Assembly (NCBI RefSeq): GCF_009914755.1
Contig: NC_060933.1
Source: the human T2T-CHM13v2.0 reference genome, Homo sapiens
Strand: one strand, 5' to 3'
DNA: 64,000 nucleotides
The notes under the pieces were generated by a model. That model did not search any database and had not been told where the DNA came from. It was given only the letters and a program-made list of their open reading frames with translations. The translations under genes were made by a program, and so were the position numbers. Each line of letters opens with the position of its first letter. Position 1 is the first letter of the stretch. Below are positions 1 through 15,765 of the stretch, in pieces.

Positions 1-605
1 GTGGAATGGAATGGAATCAACCCGAGTGCAGCGGAATGGAATGGAATGGAATGCAATGGAATGGAATCATTCGGAATGGAATGGAATTGAATGGAATGCA
101 AAGCAATGGAATCAACTCGATTGCAATGGAATGGAATGGAATGGAAAGGAATACATTGGTATCAACCCGAGTGGAATGGAATGGAAAGGACTGCAATGGA
201 GTGGAATGGAATGGAATGGAATGGAATGGAATCAACTCGATTGGAATGGAATGGAATGGAATGGAATGGAATGGAATTAACCCGAATAGAATGGAATGGA
301 ATGGAATGGAAAGGAACGGAACGGAATGGAATGGAATGGAATGCAATGGAATGGAATGGAAACAACCCGACTGCAGGGGAATGGAATGGAATGGAATGCA
401 ATGGAATGGATTCAACTTGAATGGAATGGAAAGAATGGAATCAACACGAGTGGAATGGCATGGATTGGAACGGAATGGAATGGAATCAACCCGAGTACAG
501 GGGAATGGAATGGAATGGAATGCAATGGAATGGAATCATCCGTAATGGAATGGAAAGGAATGGAATGGAATGGAATGGAATTGAATGGAATGGAATGGAA
601 TCAAC

Positions 606-619
606 TCGATTGCAATCGA
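606..619. other. Perfect 14-bp palindrome TCGATTGCAATCGA (first of about 30 copies in the window)
   Basis: The sequence equals its own reverse complement. It recurs at e.g. 1548, 3242, 11202, 26771, 63551 and 63931, inside the module CAACTCGATTGCAATCGAAT. Confidence 0.9.
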
Positions 620-811
620 ACGGAATGGAATGGAATTAACCCGAATAGAATGGAATGCAATGGAATGGAACGGAACGGAACGGAATGGAATGCATTGGAA
701 TGGAATGGAATGGAATGGAATGGAACGGAAAGGAATGGAATGGAATGGAATGGAATGGAATGGAATCAACGCGAGTGCAAGGGAATGGAATGGAATGGAA
801 TGCAATGGAAT

Positions 812-826
812 GGAATCTTCCGGAAT
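812..826. promoter_or_regulatory. Heat-shock-element-like motif GGAAT-CTTCC-GGAAT (nGAAn nTTCn nGAAn); first of about 50 copies between 812 and 63756
   Basis: Exact match to the three-unit inverted nGAAn consensus bound by HSF trimers. The motif match is directly visible; binding at this locus is not shown by sequence. Confidence 0.5.
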
Positions 827-1040
827 GGAATGGAATGGAATGGAATGGAATGGAATGGAATGGAATAAACCCGAGTGAAATGGAATGGAGTGGAATGGAA
901 TGGAATGGAATGGAACAACCCGAATGGAATGGAATGTAATGGAGAGTAAGGGAGTTGAATACAATCAATCCGAAAGTAATGGAATGGAATGGAAAGGAAT
1001 GGAATGGAATGGAACAACCCGAATGGAATGGAATGTAATG

Positions 1041-1215
1041 GAGAGTAAGGGAGTTGCACAGGATCAATCCGAATGTAATGGAATGGAATGGAACGGAATG
1101 GAATTGAATGGAATGGAATGGAATGCAATGGAAGGGAATCAACCCGAGTGCAATGGAATGGAGAGGAATGGAATGGAATGGAATGGAAACTACCCGAATG
1201 GAATGGAATGTAATG
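1041..1215 (+). repeat. 175-bp cassette between paralogous modules GAGAGTAAGGGAGTTG and GAGTGTAAGGGAATTG (representative copy)
   Basis: Start-to-start spacing is 175 bp at 1041/1216, 3677/3852, 4765/4940, 5637/5812, 15946/16121, 16838/17013, 33958/34133, 44028/44203, 47423/47598, 53532/53707 and 59988/60163. Confidence 0.8.
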
Positions 1216-4200
1216 GAGTGTAAGGGAATTGAATAGAATCAATCCGAATGTAATGGAATGGAATGGAACGGAATGGAATGGAATGGAATCGAATGGAATG
1301 CAATGGAATGGAATCAACCCGACTGCAATCGAATGGAATCGAATGGAATGGTATACAATGGAATGGATTCAACTTGAATGGAATGGAAAGAATGGAATCA
1401 ACACGAGTGGAATGGCATGGATTGGAATGGAATGGAATGGAATCAACCCTAGTACAGGGGAATGGAATGGAATGGAATGCAATGGAATGGAATCATCCGT
1501 AATGTAATGGAAAGGAATGGAATGGAATGGAATGGAATGGAATCAACTCGATTGCAATCGAATGGAATAGAATGGAATTCACCCGAATAGAATGGAATGG
1601 AATGGAATGGAACGGAACGGAATGGAATGGAATGGAATGGAATGGAATGGAACGGAACGGAATGGAATGGAATGGAATGGAATGGAATGGAATCAACGCG
1701 AGTGCAGGGGAATGGAATGGAATGGAATGCAATGGAATGGAATCTTCCGGAATGAAATGGAATGGAATGGAATGGAATGGAATGGAATGGAATGCAATGG
1801 ATTCAACTCGATTGCAATGGAATGGAATAGAATGGAATGGAATGTAATGGAATGGAATTAATCCGAATAGAATGGAATGGAATGGAATGGAATGGAATGG
1901 AATGGTATGGAATGGAATGGAATGGTACGGAATAGAATGGAATGGAACGAATTGTAATGGAATGGAATTGAATGGAATGGAATGGAATGGAATGGAATCA
2001 ACGCGAGTGCAGGGGAATGTAATGGAACGGAATGCAATGGAATGGAATCATCCGGAATGGAATGGAATGGAATGTAATCAACCCGAGTGCAATGGAATGG
2101 ATTGGAATGGAATGGAATGGAATGGAACAACCCGAATGGAATGGAATGTAATGGAGAGTAAGGGAGTTGAATAGAATCAATCCGAATGTAATGGAATGGA
2201 ATGCAACGGAATGGAATGGAATGAAATGCAATGGAATTGAATCAAGCCGAGTACAATGGAATGGAATGGAATGGAATGGAATGGAATGGAATGATACGGA
2301 ATAGAATGGAATGGAACGGAATGGAATGGAATGGAATGGAATGGAATGGAATGGAATGGAATCGTTCCGAGTGGAATAGGAGGGAATGTATTCGAGTGGA
2401 ATGGATAGGAATGGAATCAACCAGAGTGGAATGGAAGGGAATGGAATGGAATGGAAACTAATAGAATGGAATCAACCCGAGAGGAATGGAATGGAAAGGA
2501 CTGGAATGGAATGGAATGGAATGGAATCAACTCGATTGTAATGGAATGGAATGGAATGGAATGGAATGGAATGGAATGGAATGGAATGGAATGGAATTAA
2601 CCCGAATACAATGCAATGGAATGGAATGGAACGGAATGGAGTGGAATGGAATGGAATCAACCCGAGTGCAGGGGAATGGAATAGAATGGAATGCAATGGA
2701 ATGGAATCATCCGGAATGGAATGGAATGGAATGGAATGCAAAGCAATGGAATCAACTCGATTGCAATAGAATGGAATGGAATGGAAAGGAATATATTGGA
2801 ATCAACCCGAGTGGAATGGAATGGAAAGGACTGGAATGGAGTGGAATGGAATGGAATGGAATGGAATGGAATCAACCCGATTGGAATGGAATGGAATGGA
2901 ATGGAATGGAATGGAATGGAATTAACCCGAATAGAATGGAATGGAATGGAATGGAACGGAACGGAACGGAATGGAATGGAATGGAATGGAATGGAATGGA
3001 ATGGAAAGAACCCGACTGCAGGGGGATGGAATGGAATGGAATGCAAAGGAATGGACTCAACTTGAATGGAATGGAATCAACACGAGTGGAATGGCATGGA
3101 TTGGAATGGAATGGAATGGAATCAACCCGAGTACAGGGGAATGGAATGGAATGGAATGCAATGGAATGGAATCATCCGTAATGGAATGGAAAGGAATGGA
3201 ATGGAATGGAATGGAATTGAATGGAATGGAATGGAATCAACTCGATTGCAATCGAACGGAATGGAATGGAATTAACCCGAATAGAATGGAATGGAATGGA
3301 ATGGAACGGAACGGAACGGAATGGAATGCATTGGAATGGAATGGAATGGAATGGAATGGAATGGAACGGAAAGGAATGGAATGGAATGGAATGGAATGGA
3401 ATGGAATCAATGCGAGTGCAAGGGAATGGAATGGAATGGAATGCAATTGAATGGAATCTTCCGGAATGGAATGGAATGGAATGGAATGGAATGGAATGGA
3501 ATAAACCCGAGTGCAATGGAATGGAGTGGAATGGAATGGAATGGAATGGAACAACCCGAATGGAATGGAATGTAATGGAGAGTAAGGGTGTTGAATAGAA
3601 TCAATCCGAATGTAATGGAATGGAATGGAAAGGAATGGAATGGAATGGAACAACCCGAATGGAATGGAATGCAATGGAGAGTAAGGGAGTTGAATAGGAT
3701 CAATCCGAATGTAATGGAATGGAATGGAACGGAATGGAATTGAATGGAATGGAATGGAATGCAATGGAATGGAATCAACCCGAGTGCAATGGAATGGAGA
3801 GGAATGGAATGGAATGGAATGGAAACTACCCGAATGGAATGGAATGTAATGGAGTGTAAGGGAATTGAATAGAATCAATCCGAATGTAATGGAATGGAAT
3901 GGAACGGAATGGAATGGAATGGAATGGAATGGAATGCAATGGAATGGAATCAACCCGAGTGCAATCGAATGGAATCGAATGGAATGGAATACAATGGAAT
4001 GGATTCAACTTGAATGGAATGGAAAGAATGGAATCAACACGAGTGGAATGGCATGGATTGGAATGGAATGGAATGGAATAAACCCTAGTACAGGGGAATG
4101 GAATGGAATGGAATGCAATGGAATGAAATCATCCGTAATGTAATGGAAAGGAATGGAATGGAATGGAATGGAATGGAATCAACTCGATTGCAATCGAATG

Positions 4201-4584
4201 GAATAGAATGGAATTAACCCGAATAGAATGGAATGGAATGGAATGGAACGGAACGGAATGGAATGGAATGGAATGGAATGGAATGGAATGGAACGGAACG
4301 GAATGGAATGGAATGGAATGGAATGGAATGGAATGGAATCAACGCGAGTGCAGGGGAATGGAATGGAATGGAATGCAATGGAATGGAATCTTCCGGAATG
4401 AAATGGAATGGAATGGAATGGAATGGAATGGAATGGAATCAACTCGATTGCAATCGAATGGAATGGAATGGAATTAACCCGAATAGAATGGAATGGAATG
4501 GAATGGAACGGAACGGAACGTAATGGAATGGAATGGAATGGAATGGAACGGAAAGGAATGGAATGGAATGGAATGGAATGGAAT

Positions 4585-7500
4585 CAACGCGAGTGCAGGG
4601 GAATGGAACGGAATGGAATGCAATGGAATGGAATCTTCCGGAATGGATCGGAATGGAATGGAATGGAATGGAATGGAATGGAATGGAATATACCCGAGTG
4701 CAATGGAATGGAGTGGAATGAAATGGAATGGAATGGAACAACCCGAATGGAATGCAATGTAATGGAGAGTGAGGGAGTTGAATAGAATCAATCCGAATGT
4801 AATGGAATGGAATGGAACGGAATGGAATTGAATGGAATGGAATGGAATGCAATGGAATGGAATCAACCCGAGTTCAATGGAATTGAGAGGAATGGAATGG
4901 AATGGAATGGAAACTACCCGAATGGAATGGAATGTAATGGAGTGTAAGGGAATTGAATAGAATCAATCCGAATGTAATGGAATGGAATGGAACGGAATGG
5001 AATGGAATGGAATGGAATGGAAAGGAATGGAATGGAATGGAATGGAATGGATTGGAATGGAATGGAATGCAACGGAATGGAATCAACCCGAGTGCAATCG
5101 AATGGAATCGAATAGAATGGAATGCAATGGAATGGATTCAACTTGAATGGAATGGAAAGAATGGAATCAACACCAGTGCAATGGCATGGATTGGAATGGA
5201 ATGGAATGGAATCAACCCGAGTACAGGGGAATGGAATGGAATGGAATGCAATGGAATGGAATCATCCGTAATGGAATGGAAAGGAATGGAATGGAATGGA
5301 ATCAACTCGATTGCAATCGAATGGAATGGAATGGAATTAACCGAATTGAATGGAATGGAATGGAATGGAATGGAACGGAACGGAATGGAATGGAATGGAA
5401 TGGAATGGAATGGAACGGAAAGGAAAGGAATGGAATGGAATAGAATGGAATGGAATGGAATCAACGCGAGTGCAGGGGAATGGAATGGAATGGAATGCAA
5501 TGGAATGGAATCTTCCGGAATTGAATGGAATGGAATGCAATGGAATGGAATGGAGTGGAATCAACTCGATTGCAATCGAATGGAATGGAATGGAATGGAA
5601 TGGAATGGAACAACCCGAATGGAATGGAATGTAATGGAGAGTAAGGGAGTTGAATAGACTCAATCCGAATGTAATGGAATGGAATGGAACTGAATGGAAT
5701 TGAATGGAATGGAATGGAATGCAATGGAATGGAATCAACCCGAGTGCAATGAAATGGAGAGGAATGGAATGGAATGGAATGGAAACTACCCGAATGGAAT
5801 GGAATGTAATGGAGTGTAAGGGAATTGAATAGAATCAATCCGAATGTAATGGAATGGAATGGAACGGAATGGAATGGAATGGAATGGAAGGCAATGGAAT
5901 GGAATCAACCCGAGTGCAATCGAATGGAATCGAATGGAATGGAATACAATGGAATGGATTCAACTTGAATGGAATGGAAAGAATGGAATCAACACGAGTG
6001 GAATGGCATGGATTGGAATGGAATGGAATGGAATCAACCCGAGTACAGGGGAATGGAATGGAATGGAATGCAATGCAATGGAATCATCCGTAATGTAATG
6101 GAAAGGAATGGAATGGAATGGAATGGAATGGAATCAACTCGATTGCAATCGAATGGAATGGAATGGAATTAACCCGAATAGAATGGAATGGAATGGAATG
6201 GAACGGAACGGAATGGAATGTAATGGAATGGAATGGAATGGAACGGAACGGAATGGAATGGAATGGAATGGAATGGAATGGAATCAACGCGAGTGCAGGG
6301 GAATAGAATGGAATGGAATGCAATGGAATGGAATCTTCCGGAATGAAATGGAATGGAATGGAATGGAATGGAATGGAATGGAATGGAATGGAATGGAATC
6401 AACTCGATTGCAATCGAATGGAATGGAATGGAATTAACCCGAATAGAATGGAATGGAATGGAATGGAACGGAACGGAACGTAATGGAATGGAATGGAATG
6501 GAATGGAACGGAACGGAATGGAATGGAATGGAATGGAAAGAAATGGAATGGAATCAACGCGAGTGCAGGAGAATGGAATGGAATGGAATGCAATGGAATG
6601 GAATCTTCCGGAATGGAATGGAATGGAATGGAATGCAATGAAATGCAATGGGTTCAACTCGATTGCAATGGAATGGAATAGAATGGAATGGAATGGAATG
6701 GAATGGAATTAATTCGAATAGAATGGAATGGAATGGAATGGAACGGAATGGAACAGAATGGAATGGAATGGAATGGAATGGTATGGAATTGAATGGAATG
6801 GTACGGAATAGAATGGAATGGAACGAATTGTAATGCAATGGAATTGAATGGAATGGAATGGAATGGAATGGAATCAACGCGAGTGCAGGGGAATGTAATG
6901 GAACGGAATGCAATGGAATGGAATCATCCGCAATGGAATGGAATGGAATGGAATGGAATGGAATCAACCCGAGTGCAATGGAATGGAGTGGAATGGAATG
7001 GAATGGAATCAACCCGAGTGCAATGGAATGGAAAGGAATGGAATGGAATGGAAGGGAATGGAATGGAATGGAATGATACGGAATAGAATGGAATGGAACG
7101 AAATGGAATGGAATGGAATGGAATGGAATGGAATGGAATGGTACGGAATAGAACGGAATGGAACGAAGTGGAATGGAATGGAATGGAATGGAATGGAATG
7201 TAATGGAATGGTACGGAATAGAACGGAATGGAACGAACTGGAATGGAATGGAATGGAATGGAATCGTTCCGAGTGGAATAGGAGGGAATGTATTCGAGTG
7301 GAATGGAAAGGAATGGAATCAACCAGAGTGGAATGGAAGGGAATGGAATGGAATGGAAACTAATAGAATGGAAACAACCCAAGAGGAATGGAATGGAAAG
7401 GAATGGAATGGAATGGAATGGAATGGAATCAACTCGATTGTAATGGAATGGAATGGAATGGAATGGAATGGAATGGAATTAACCCGAATACAATGCAATG

Positions 7501-10500
7501 GAATGGAATGGAATGGAATGGAATGCAATGGAATGGAATCATCCGGAATGGAATGGAATGGAATGGAATGCAAAGCAATGGAATCAACTCGATTGCAATG
7601 GAATGGAATGGAATGGAAAGGAATACATTGGAATCAACCCGAGTGTAATGGAATGGAAAGGACTGGAATGGAGTGGAATGGAATGGAATGCAATGGAATG
7701 GAATCATCCGTAATGGAATGGAAAGGAATGGAATGGAATGGAATGGAATGGAATGGAATGGAATCAACTCGATTGCAATCGAATGGAATGGAATGGAATT
7801 AACCCGAATAGAATGGAATGGAATGGAATGGAACGGAACGGAACGCAATGGAATGCATTGGAATGGAATGGAATGGAATGGAATGGAACGGAAAGGAATG
7901 GAATGGAATGGAATGGAATGGAATGGAATGGAATGGAATCAACGCGAGTGCAGGGGAATGGAATGGAATGGAATGCAATGGAATGGAATCTTCCGGAATG
8001 GAATGGAATGGAATGGAATGGAATGGAATAAACCCGAGTGCAATGGAATGGAGTGGAATGGAATGGAATGGAATGGAACAACCCGAATGGAATGGAATGT
8101 AATGTAGAGTAAGGGAGTTGAATACAATCAATCAGAATGTAATGGAATGGAATGGAACGGAATGGAATGGAATGGAATGCAATGGAATGGAATGGAATGC
8201 AATCAACCCGAGTGCAATGGAATGGAGTGAAATGGAATGGAATGCAATGGAATGGATTCAACTTGAATGGAAAGGAAAGAATGGAATCAACACGAGTGGA
8301 ATGGCATGGATTGGAATGGAATGGAATGGAATCAACCCGAGTACAGGGGAATGGAATGGAATGGAATGCAATGGAATGGAATCATCAGTAATGGAATGGA
8401 AAGGAATGGAAAGGACTGGAATGGAATGGAATGGAATGGAATGGAATCAACTCGATTGCAATCGAATGGAATGGAATGGAATTAACCCGAATAGAATGGA
8501 ATGGAATGGAATGGAACGGAACGGAATGGAATGGAATGGAATGGAATGGAACGGAAAGGAATGGAATGGAATGGAATGGAATGGAATGGAATGGAATGGA
8601 ATCAACGCGAGTGCAGGGGAATGGAATGGAATCGAATGGAATGGAAAGGAATGGAATGGAATCTACCCGAGTGCAGGGGAATGTAATGGAACGGAATGCA
8701 ATGGAATGGAATCATCCGGAATGGAATGGAATGGAATGGAATGGAATCAACCCGAGTCAATGGAATGGAGTGGAATGGAATGGAATGGAATGGCACAACC
8801 CGAATGGAATGTAATGTAATGGAGAGTAAGGGAGTTGAAAAGTATCAATCCGAATGAAATGGAATGGAATGGAAGGGAATGGAATGAAATGGAATGGAAT
8901 GGAATGGAATGCAATGCAATGGAATGGAATCAAACCGAATACAATGGAATGGAATGGAATGGAATGGAATGGAATGGAATGGAATGGAATGGAATGGAAT
9001 CTTCCGGAATGGAGTGGAATGGAATGGAATGGAATGGAATGGAATGGAATGCAATGGATTCAACTCGATTGCAATGGAATGGAATAGAATGGAATGGAAT
9101 GGAATGGAATGGAATGGAATTAAACCGAATAGAATGGAATGGAATGGAATGGAACGGAACAGAACGGAACGGAACGGAACGGAGTGGAATGGAATGGAAT
9201 GGAATTGTATGGAATGGAATGGAATGGTACGGAATAGAATGGAATGGAAAGAATTGGAATGGAATGGAATCGAATGGAATGGAATGGAATGGAATGGAAT
9301 CAACCCGAGTGCAGGGGAATGTAATGGAACGGAATGTAATGGAATGGAATCATCCGGAATGGAATGGAATGGAATGGAATGGAATGGAATGGAATGGAAT
9401 CAACCCAAGCGCAATGGAATGGAGTGGAATGGAATGGAATGGAATGGAACAACCCGAATGGAATGGAATGTAATGGAGAGTAAGGGATTTGAATAGAATC
9501 AATCCGAATGTAATGGAATGGAACGGAATGGAATGGAATGGAATGGAATGGAATGGAATGGAATGGAATGGAATGGAATGGAATGCAATGGAATGGAATC
9601 AACCCGAGTACAATGGAACGGAATGGAATGGAATATAATGGAATGGAATGGAATGGAATGGAATCAACCCGAGTGCAATGGAATGGAGAGGAATGGAACG
9701 GAATGGAATGGAAACTACCCGAATGGAATGGAATGTAATGGAGTGTAAGGGAATTGAATAGAATCAATCCGAATGGAATGGAATGGAATGGAACGGAATG
9801 TAATGGAATGGAATGGAATGGAATGGAATCAACCCGAGTGCAGGGGAATGGAATGGAATGGAATGCAATGGAATGGAATCATCCGGAATGGAATGGAATT
9901 GAATGCAATGGAATGGAATGGAAAGGAATGGAATGCAATGGAATAAATCCGAACAGAATGGAATGGAATGGAATGGAACGGAATGGAACGGAATGGAATG
10001 GAATGGAATGGTATGGAATGGAATGGAATGGTACGGAATAGAATGGAATGGAACGAATTGTAATGGAATGGAATTGAATGGAATGGAATGGAATGGAATG
10101 GAATCAACGCGAGTGCAGGGGAATGTAATGGAACGGAATGCAATGGAATGGAATCATCCGGAATGGAATGGAATTGAATGGAATGGAATGGAATCAACCC
10201 GAGTGCAATGGAATGGAGTGGAATGGAATGGAATGGAATGGAACAACCCGAATGGAATGGAATGTAATGGAGAGTAAGGGAGATGAAAAGAATCAATCCG
10301 AATGGAATGGAATGGAATGGAACGGAATGGAATGGAATGGAATGGAATGGAATGGAATGGAGTGGAATGGAATGGAATGGAATGGAATCGTTCCGAGTGG
10401 AATAGGAGGGAATGTTTTCGAGTGGAATGGTAAGGAATGGAATCAACCAGAGTGGAATGGAAGGGAATGGAATGGAATGGAAACTAATAGAATGGAATCA

Positions 10501-13500
10501 ACCCGAGTGGAATGGAATGGAAAGGACTGGAATGGAATGGAATGGAATGGAATCAACTCGATTGTAATGGAATGGAATGGAATGGAATGGAATGGAATGG
10601 AATGGAATGGAATTAACCCGAATACAATGGAATGGAATGGAATGGAACGGAATGGAGTGGAATGGAATGGAATCAACCTGAGTGCAGGGAAATGGAATGG
10701 AATGGAATGCAATGGAATGGAATCATCCGGAATGGAATGGAATGGAATGCAATGGAATGGAATGGAATGGAATCAACCCGAGTGCAATGGAATGGAGTGA
10801 AATGGAATGGAATGGAATGGAAACAACCAGAATGGATTGGAATATAATGGAGTGTAAGGGAATTGAAAAGAATCAATCTGAATGTAATGAAATGGAATGG
10901 AACGGAATGGAATGGAATGGAATGAAATGGAATGCAATGGAATGGAATCAACCCGAGTGCAATCGAATGGAATCGAATGCAATGGGATGCAATGGAATGG
11001 ATTCAACTTGAATGGAAAGGAAAGAATGGAATCAACACGAGTGGAATGGCATGGATTGGAATGGAATGGAATGGAATCAACCCGAGTACAGGGGAATGGA
11101 ATGGAATGGAATGCAATGGAATGGAATCATCAGTAATGGAATGGAAAGGAATGGAAAGGACTGGAATGGAATGGAATGGAATGGAATGGAATGGAATCAA
11201 CTCGATTGCAATCGAATGGAATGGAATGGAATTAACCCGAATAGAATGGAATGGAATGGAATGGAACGGAACGGAATGGAATGGAATGGAATGGAATGGA
11301 ACGGAAAGGAATGGAATGGAATGGAATGGAATGGAATGGAATGGAATGGAATGGAATCAACGCGAGTGCAGGGGAATGGAATGGAATCGAATGGAATGGA
11401 AAGGAATGGAATGGAATCAACCCGAGTGCAGGGGAATGTAATGGAACGGAATGCAATGGAATGGAATCATCCGGAATGGAATGGAATGGAATGGAATGGA
11501 ATCAACCCGAGTCAATGGAATGGAGTGGAATGGAATGGAATGGAATGGCACAACCCGAATGGAATGGAATGTAATGGAGAGTAAGGGAGTTGAAAAGAAA
11601 CAATCCGAATGAAATGGAATGGAATGGAAGGGAATGGAATGAAATGGAATGGAATGGAATGGAATGCAATGCAATGGAATGGAATCAAACCGAATACAAT
11701 GGAATGGAATGGAATGGAATGGAATGGAATGGAATGGAATGGAATGGAATGCAATGGAATGGAATCTTCCGGAATGGAGTGGAATGGAATGGAATGGAAT
11801 GGAATGGAATGGAATGCAATGGATTCAACTCGATTGCAATGGAATGGAATAGAATGGAATGGAATGGAATGGAATGGAATGGAATTAAACCGAATAGAAT
11901 GGAATGGAATGGAATGGAACGGAACAGAACGGAACGGAACGGAACGGAGTGGAATGGAATGGAATGGAATTGTATGGAATGGAATGGAATGGTACGGAAT
12001 AGAATGGAATGGAAAGAATTGGAATGGAATGGAATCGAATGGAATGGAATGGAATGGAATGGAATCAACCCGAGTGCAGGGGAATGTAATGGAACGGAAT
12101 GTAATGGAATGGAATCATCCGGAATGGAATGGAATGGAATGGAATGGAATGGAATCAACCCAAGCGCAATGGAATGGAGTGGAATGGAATGGAATGGAAT
12201 GGAACAACCCGAATGGAATGGAATGTAATGGAGAGTAAGGGATTTGAATAGAATCAATCCGAATGTAATGGAATGGAACGGAATGGAATGGAATGGAATG
12301 GAATGGAATGGAATGGAATGGAATGGAATGCAATGGAATGGAATCAACCCGAGTACAATGGAACGGAATGGAATGGAATGTAATGGAATGGAATGGAATG
12401 GAATGGAATCAACCCGAGTGCAATGGAATGGAGAGGAATGGAACGGAATGGAATGGAAACTACCCGAATGGAATGGAATGTAATGGAGTGTAAGGGAATT
12501 GAATAGAATCAATCCGAATGGAATGGAATGGAATGGAACGGAATGTAATGGAATGGAATGGAATGGAATGGAATCAACCCGAGTGCAGGGGAATGGAATG
12601 GAATGGAATGCAATGGAATGGAATCATCCGGAATGGAATGGAATTGAATGCAATGGAATGGAATGGAAAGGAATGGAATGCAATGGAATTAATCCGAACA
12701 GAATGGAATGGAATGGAATGGAACGGAATGGAACGGAATGGAATGGAATGGAATGGTATGGAATGGAATGGAATGGTACGGAATAGAATGGAGTGGAACG
12801 AATTGTAATGGAATGGAATTGAATGGAATGGAATGGAATGGAATGGAATCAACGCGAGTGCAGGGGAATGTAATGGAACGGAATGCAATGGAATGGAATC
12901 ATCCGGAATGGAATGGAATGGAATGGAATGGAATGGAATCAACCCGAGTGCAATGGAATGGAGTGGAATGGAATGGAATGGAATGGAAAAACCCGAATGG
13001 AATGGAATGTAATGGAGAGTAAGGGAGATGAAAAGAATCAATCCGAATGGAATGGAATGGAATGGAACGGAATGGAATGGAATGGAATGGAATGGAATGG
13101 AATGGAGTGGAATGGAATGGAATGGAATGGAATCGTTCCGAGTGAAATAGGAGGGAATGTTTTCGAGTGGAATGGTAAGGAATGGAATCAACCAGAGTGG
13201 AATGGAAGGGAATGGAATGGAATGGAAACTAATAGAATGGAATCAACCCGAGTGGAATGGAATGGAAAGGACTGGAATGGAATGGAATGGAATGGAATCA
13301 ACTCGATTGTAATGGAATGGAATGGAATGGAATGGAATGGAATGGAATGGAATGGAATTAACCCGAATACAATGGAATGGAATGGAATGGAACGGAATGG
13401 AGTGGAAGGGAATGGAATCAACCTGAGTGCAGGGGAATGGAATGGAATGGAATGCAATGGAATGGAATCATCCGGAATGGAATGGAATGGAATGCAATGG

Positions 13501-15765
13501 AATGGAATGGAATGGAATCAACCCGAGTGCAATGGAATGGAGTGAAATGGAATGGAATGGAATGGAAACAACCAGAATGGATTGGAATATAATGGAGTGT
13601 AAGGGAATTGAAAAGAATCAATCTGAATGTAATGAAATGGAATGGAACGGAATGGAATGGAATGGAATGAAATGGAATGCAATGGAATGGAATCAACCCG
13701 AGTGCAATCGAATGGAATCGAATGCAATGGGATGCAATGGAATGGATTCAACTTGAATGGAAAGGAAAGAATGGAATCAACACGAGTGGAATGGCATGGA
13801 TTGGAATGGAATGGAATGGAATCAACCCGAGTACAGGGGAATAGAATGGAATGGAATGCAATGGAATGGAATCATCAGTAATGGAATGGAAACGAATGGA
13901 AAGGACTGGAATGGAATGGAATGGAATGGAATGGAATGGAATGGAATGGAATCAACTCGATTACAATCGAATGGAATGGAATGGAATTAACCCGAATAGA
14001 ATGGAATGGAATGGAATGGAACGGAACGGAATGGAATGGAATGGAATGGAATGGAACGGAAAGGAATGGAATGGAATGGAATGGAATGGAATGGAATGGA
14101 ATGGAATGGAATGGAATCAACGCGAGTGCAGGGGAATGGAATGGAATCGAATGGAATGGAAAGGAATGGAATGGAATCAACGCGAGTGCAGGGGAATGTA
14201 ATGGAACGGAATGCAATGGAATGGAATCTTCCGGAATGGAATGGAATGGAATGGAATGGAATGGAATCAACCCGAGTGCAATGGAATGGAGTGGAATGGA
14301 ATGGAATGGAATGGAACAACCCGAATGGAATGGAATGTAATGGAGAGTAAGGTAGTTGAAAACAATCAATCCGAATGTAATGGAATGGAATGGAACGGAA
14401 CGGAATGGAATGGAATGGAATGGAATGGAATGGAATGGAATGGAATGCAATGGAATGGAATCAACCCGAGTACAATGGAATGGAATGGAATGGAATGGAA
14501 TGGTATGGAATGCAATGGAATGCAATGAAATGGAATCTTCCTGAATGGAATGGAATGGAATGGAATGGAATGGAATGGAATGGAATGCAATGGATTCAAC
14601 TCGATTGCAATGGAATGGAATAGAATGGAATGGAATGGAATTGAATGGAATGGAATTAAACCGAATAGAATGGAATGGAATGGAATGGAACGGAACAGAA
14701 CGGAACGGAACGGAACGGAGTGGAATGGAATGGAATGGAATTGTATGGAATGGAATGGAATGGTACGGAATAGAATGGAATGGAAAGAATTGGAATGGAA
14801 TGGAATGGAATGGAATGGAATGGAATGGAATGGAATGGAATGGAATGGAATGGAACGGAACGGAACGGAACGGAATGGAATGGAATGGAATGGAATGGAA
14901 TGGAATGGAATCAACCCGAGTGCAATGGAATGGAGAGGAATGGAATGGAATGGAATGGAAACTACCCGAATGGAATGGAATGGAATGGAGTGTAAGGGAA
15001 TTGAATAGAATCAATCCGAATGGAATGGAATGGAATGGAACGGAATGTAATGGAATGGAATGGAATGGAATCAACCCGAGTGCAGGGGAATGGAATGGAA
15101 TGGAATGCAATGGAATGGAATCATCCGGAATGGAATGGAATGGAATGCAATGGAATGGAATGGAATGGAATCAACCCGAGTGCAATGGAATGCAGTGAAA
15201 TGGAATGGAATGGAATGGAGACAACCAGAATGGATTGGAATATAATGGAGTGTAAGGGAATTGAATAGAATCAATCTGAATGTAATGAAATGGAATGGAA
15301 CGGAATGGAATGGAATGGAATGGAATGAAATGGAATGGAATGCAATGGAATGGAATCAACCCGAGTGCAATCGAATGGAATCGAATGGAATGGAATGCAA
15401 TGGAATGGATTCAACTTGAATGGAATGGAAAGAATGGAATCAACACGAGTGGAATGGCATGGAATGGAATGGAATGGAATGGAATCAACCCGAGTACAGG
15501 GGAATGGAATGTAATGGAATGCAATGGAATGGAATCATCCGTAAAGGAATGGAAAGGAATGGAATGGAATGGAATGGAATGGAATGGAATGGAATGGAAT
15601 GGAATGGAATCAACTCGATTGCAATCGAATGGAATGGAATGGAATTAACCCGAATAGAATGGAATGGAATGGAATGGAACGGAACGTAATGGAATGGAAT
15701 GGAATGGAATGGAATGGAAAGGAAAGGAAGGGAATGGAATGGAATAGAATGGAATGGAATGGAAT
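4585..15765 (+). repeat. ~11.18 kb tandem duplication, copy 1
   Basis: Private variants recur ~11.16-11.20 kb downstream: GAATGGATCG 4641/15822, AATCAACCCGAGTTCAATGGAATTGAGAGG 4861/16042, CACCAGTG 5171/16352, TGAATAGACT 5651/16852, GAGTGCAGGAG 6561/17762, ATCGTTCC 7263/18449, 10387/21558 and 13132/24308, CGTAAAGG 15540/26701. Confidence 0.93.
8256..13745 (+). repeat. Nested tandem duplication, 2 x 2745 bp (8256-11000, 11001-13745), followed by a shorter related unit 13746-15408
   Basis: ATTCAACTTG 8256/11001/13746; ATCATCAGTA 8381/11126/13871; TGGCACAACC 8791/11546; CAACCCAAGCG 9401/12156; AGATGAAAAG 10281/13026; AATGGGATGC 10981/13726. Confidence 0.9.

Larger units (their letters stand above)
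1..4430 (+). repeat. Partial tandem duplication, period ~2.64 kb (about 1-1790 repeated at about 2640-4430)
   Basis: Shared rare variants at offsets 2636-2645: TGCATTGG 691/3327, GCGAGTGCAAGGG 771/3412, GGATCAATCC 1061/3697, CCCTAGTA 1447/4083, ATTCAACTTG 1367/4003. Confidence 0.8.

Noticed and set aside
2168-2185. TGAATAGAATCAATCC as a possible DUX4-type double-homeodomain site
   Set aside because: It only partly matches the TAAYBBAATCA-type consensus, with mismatches at key positions. Too weak to call by eye.
2361-2400. AGGAGG followed closely by ATG (Shine-Dalgarno-like) in the ATCGTTCC module
   Set aside because: It is a recurring satellite module in eukaryotic DNA, and the downstream frames are repeat artefacts.
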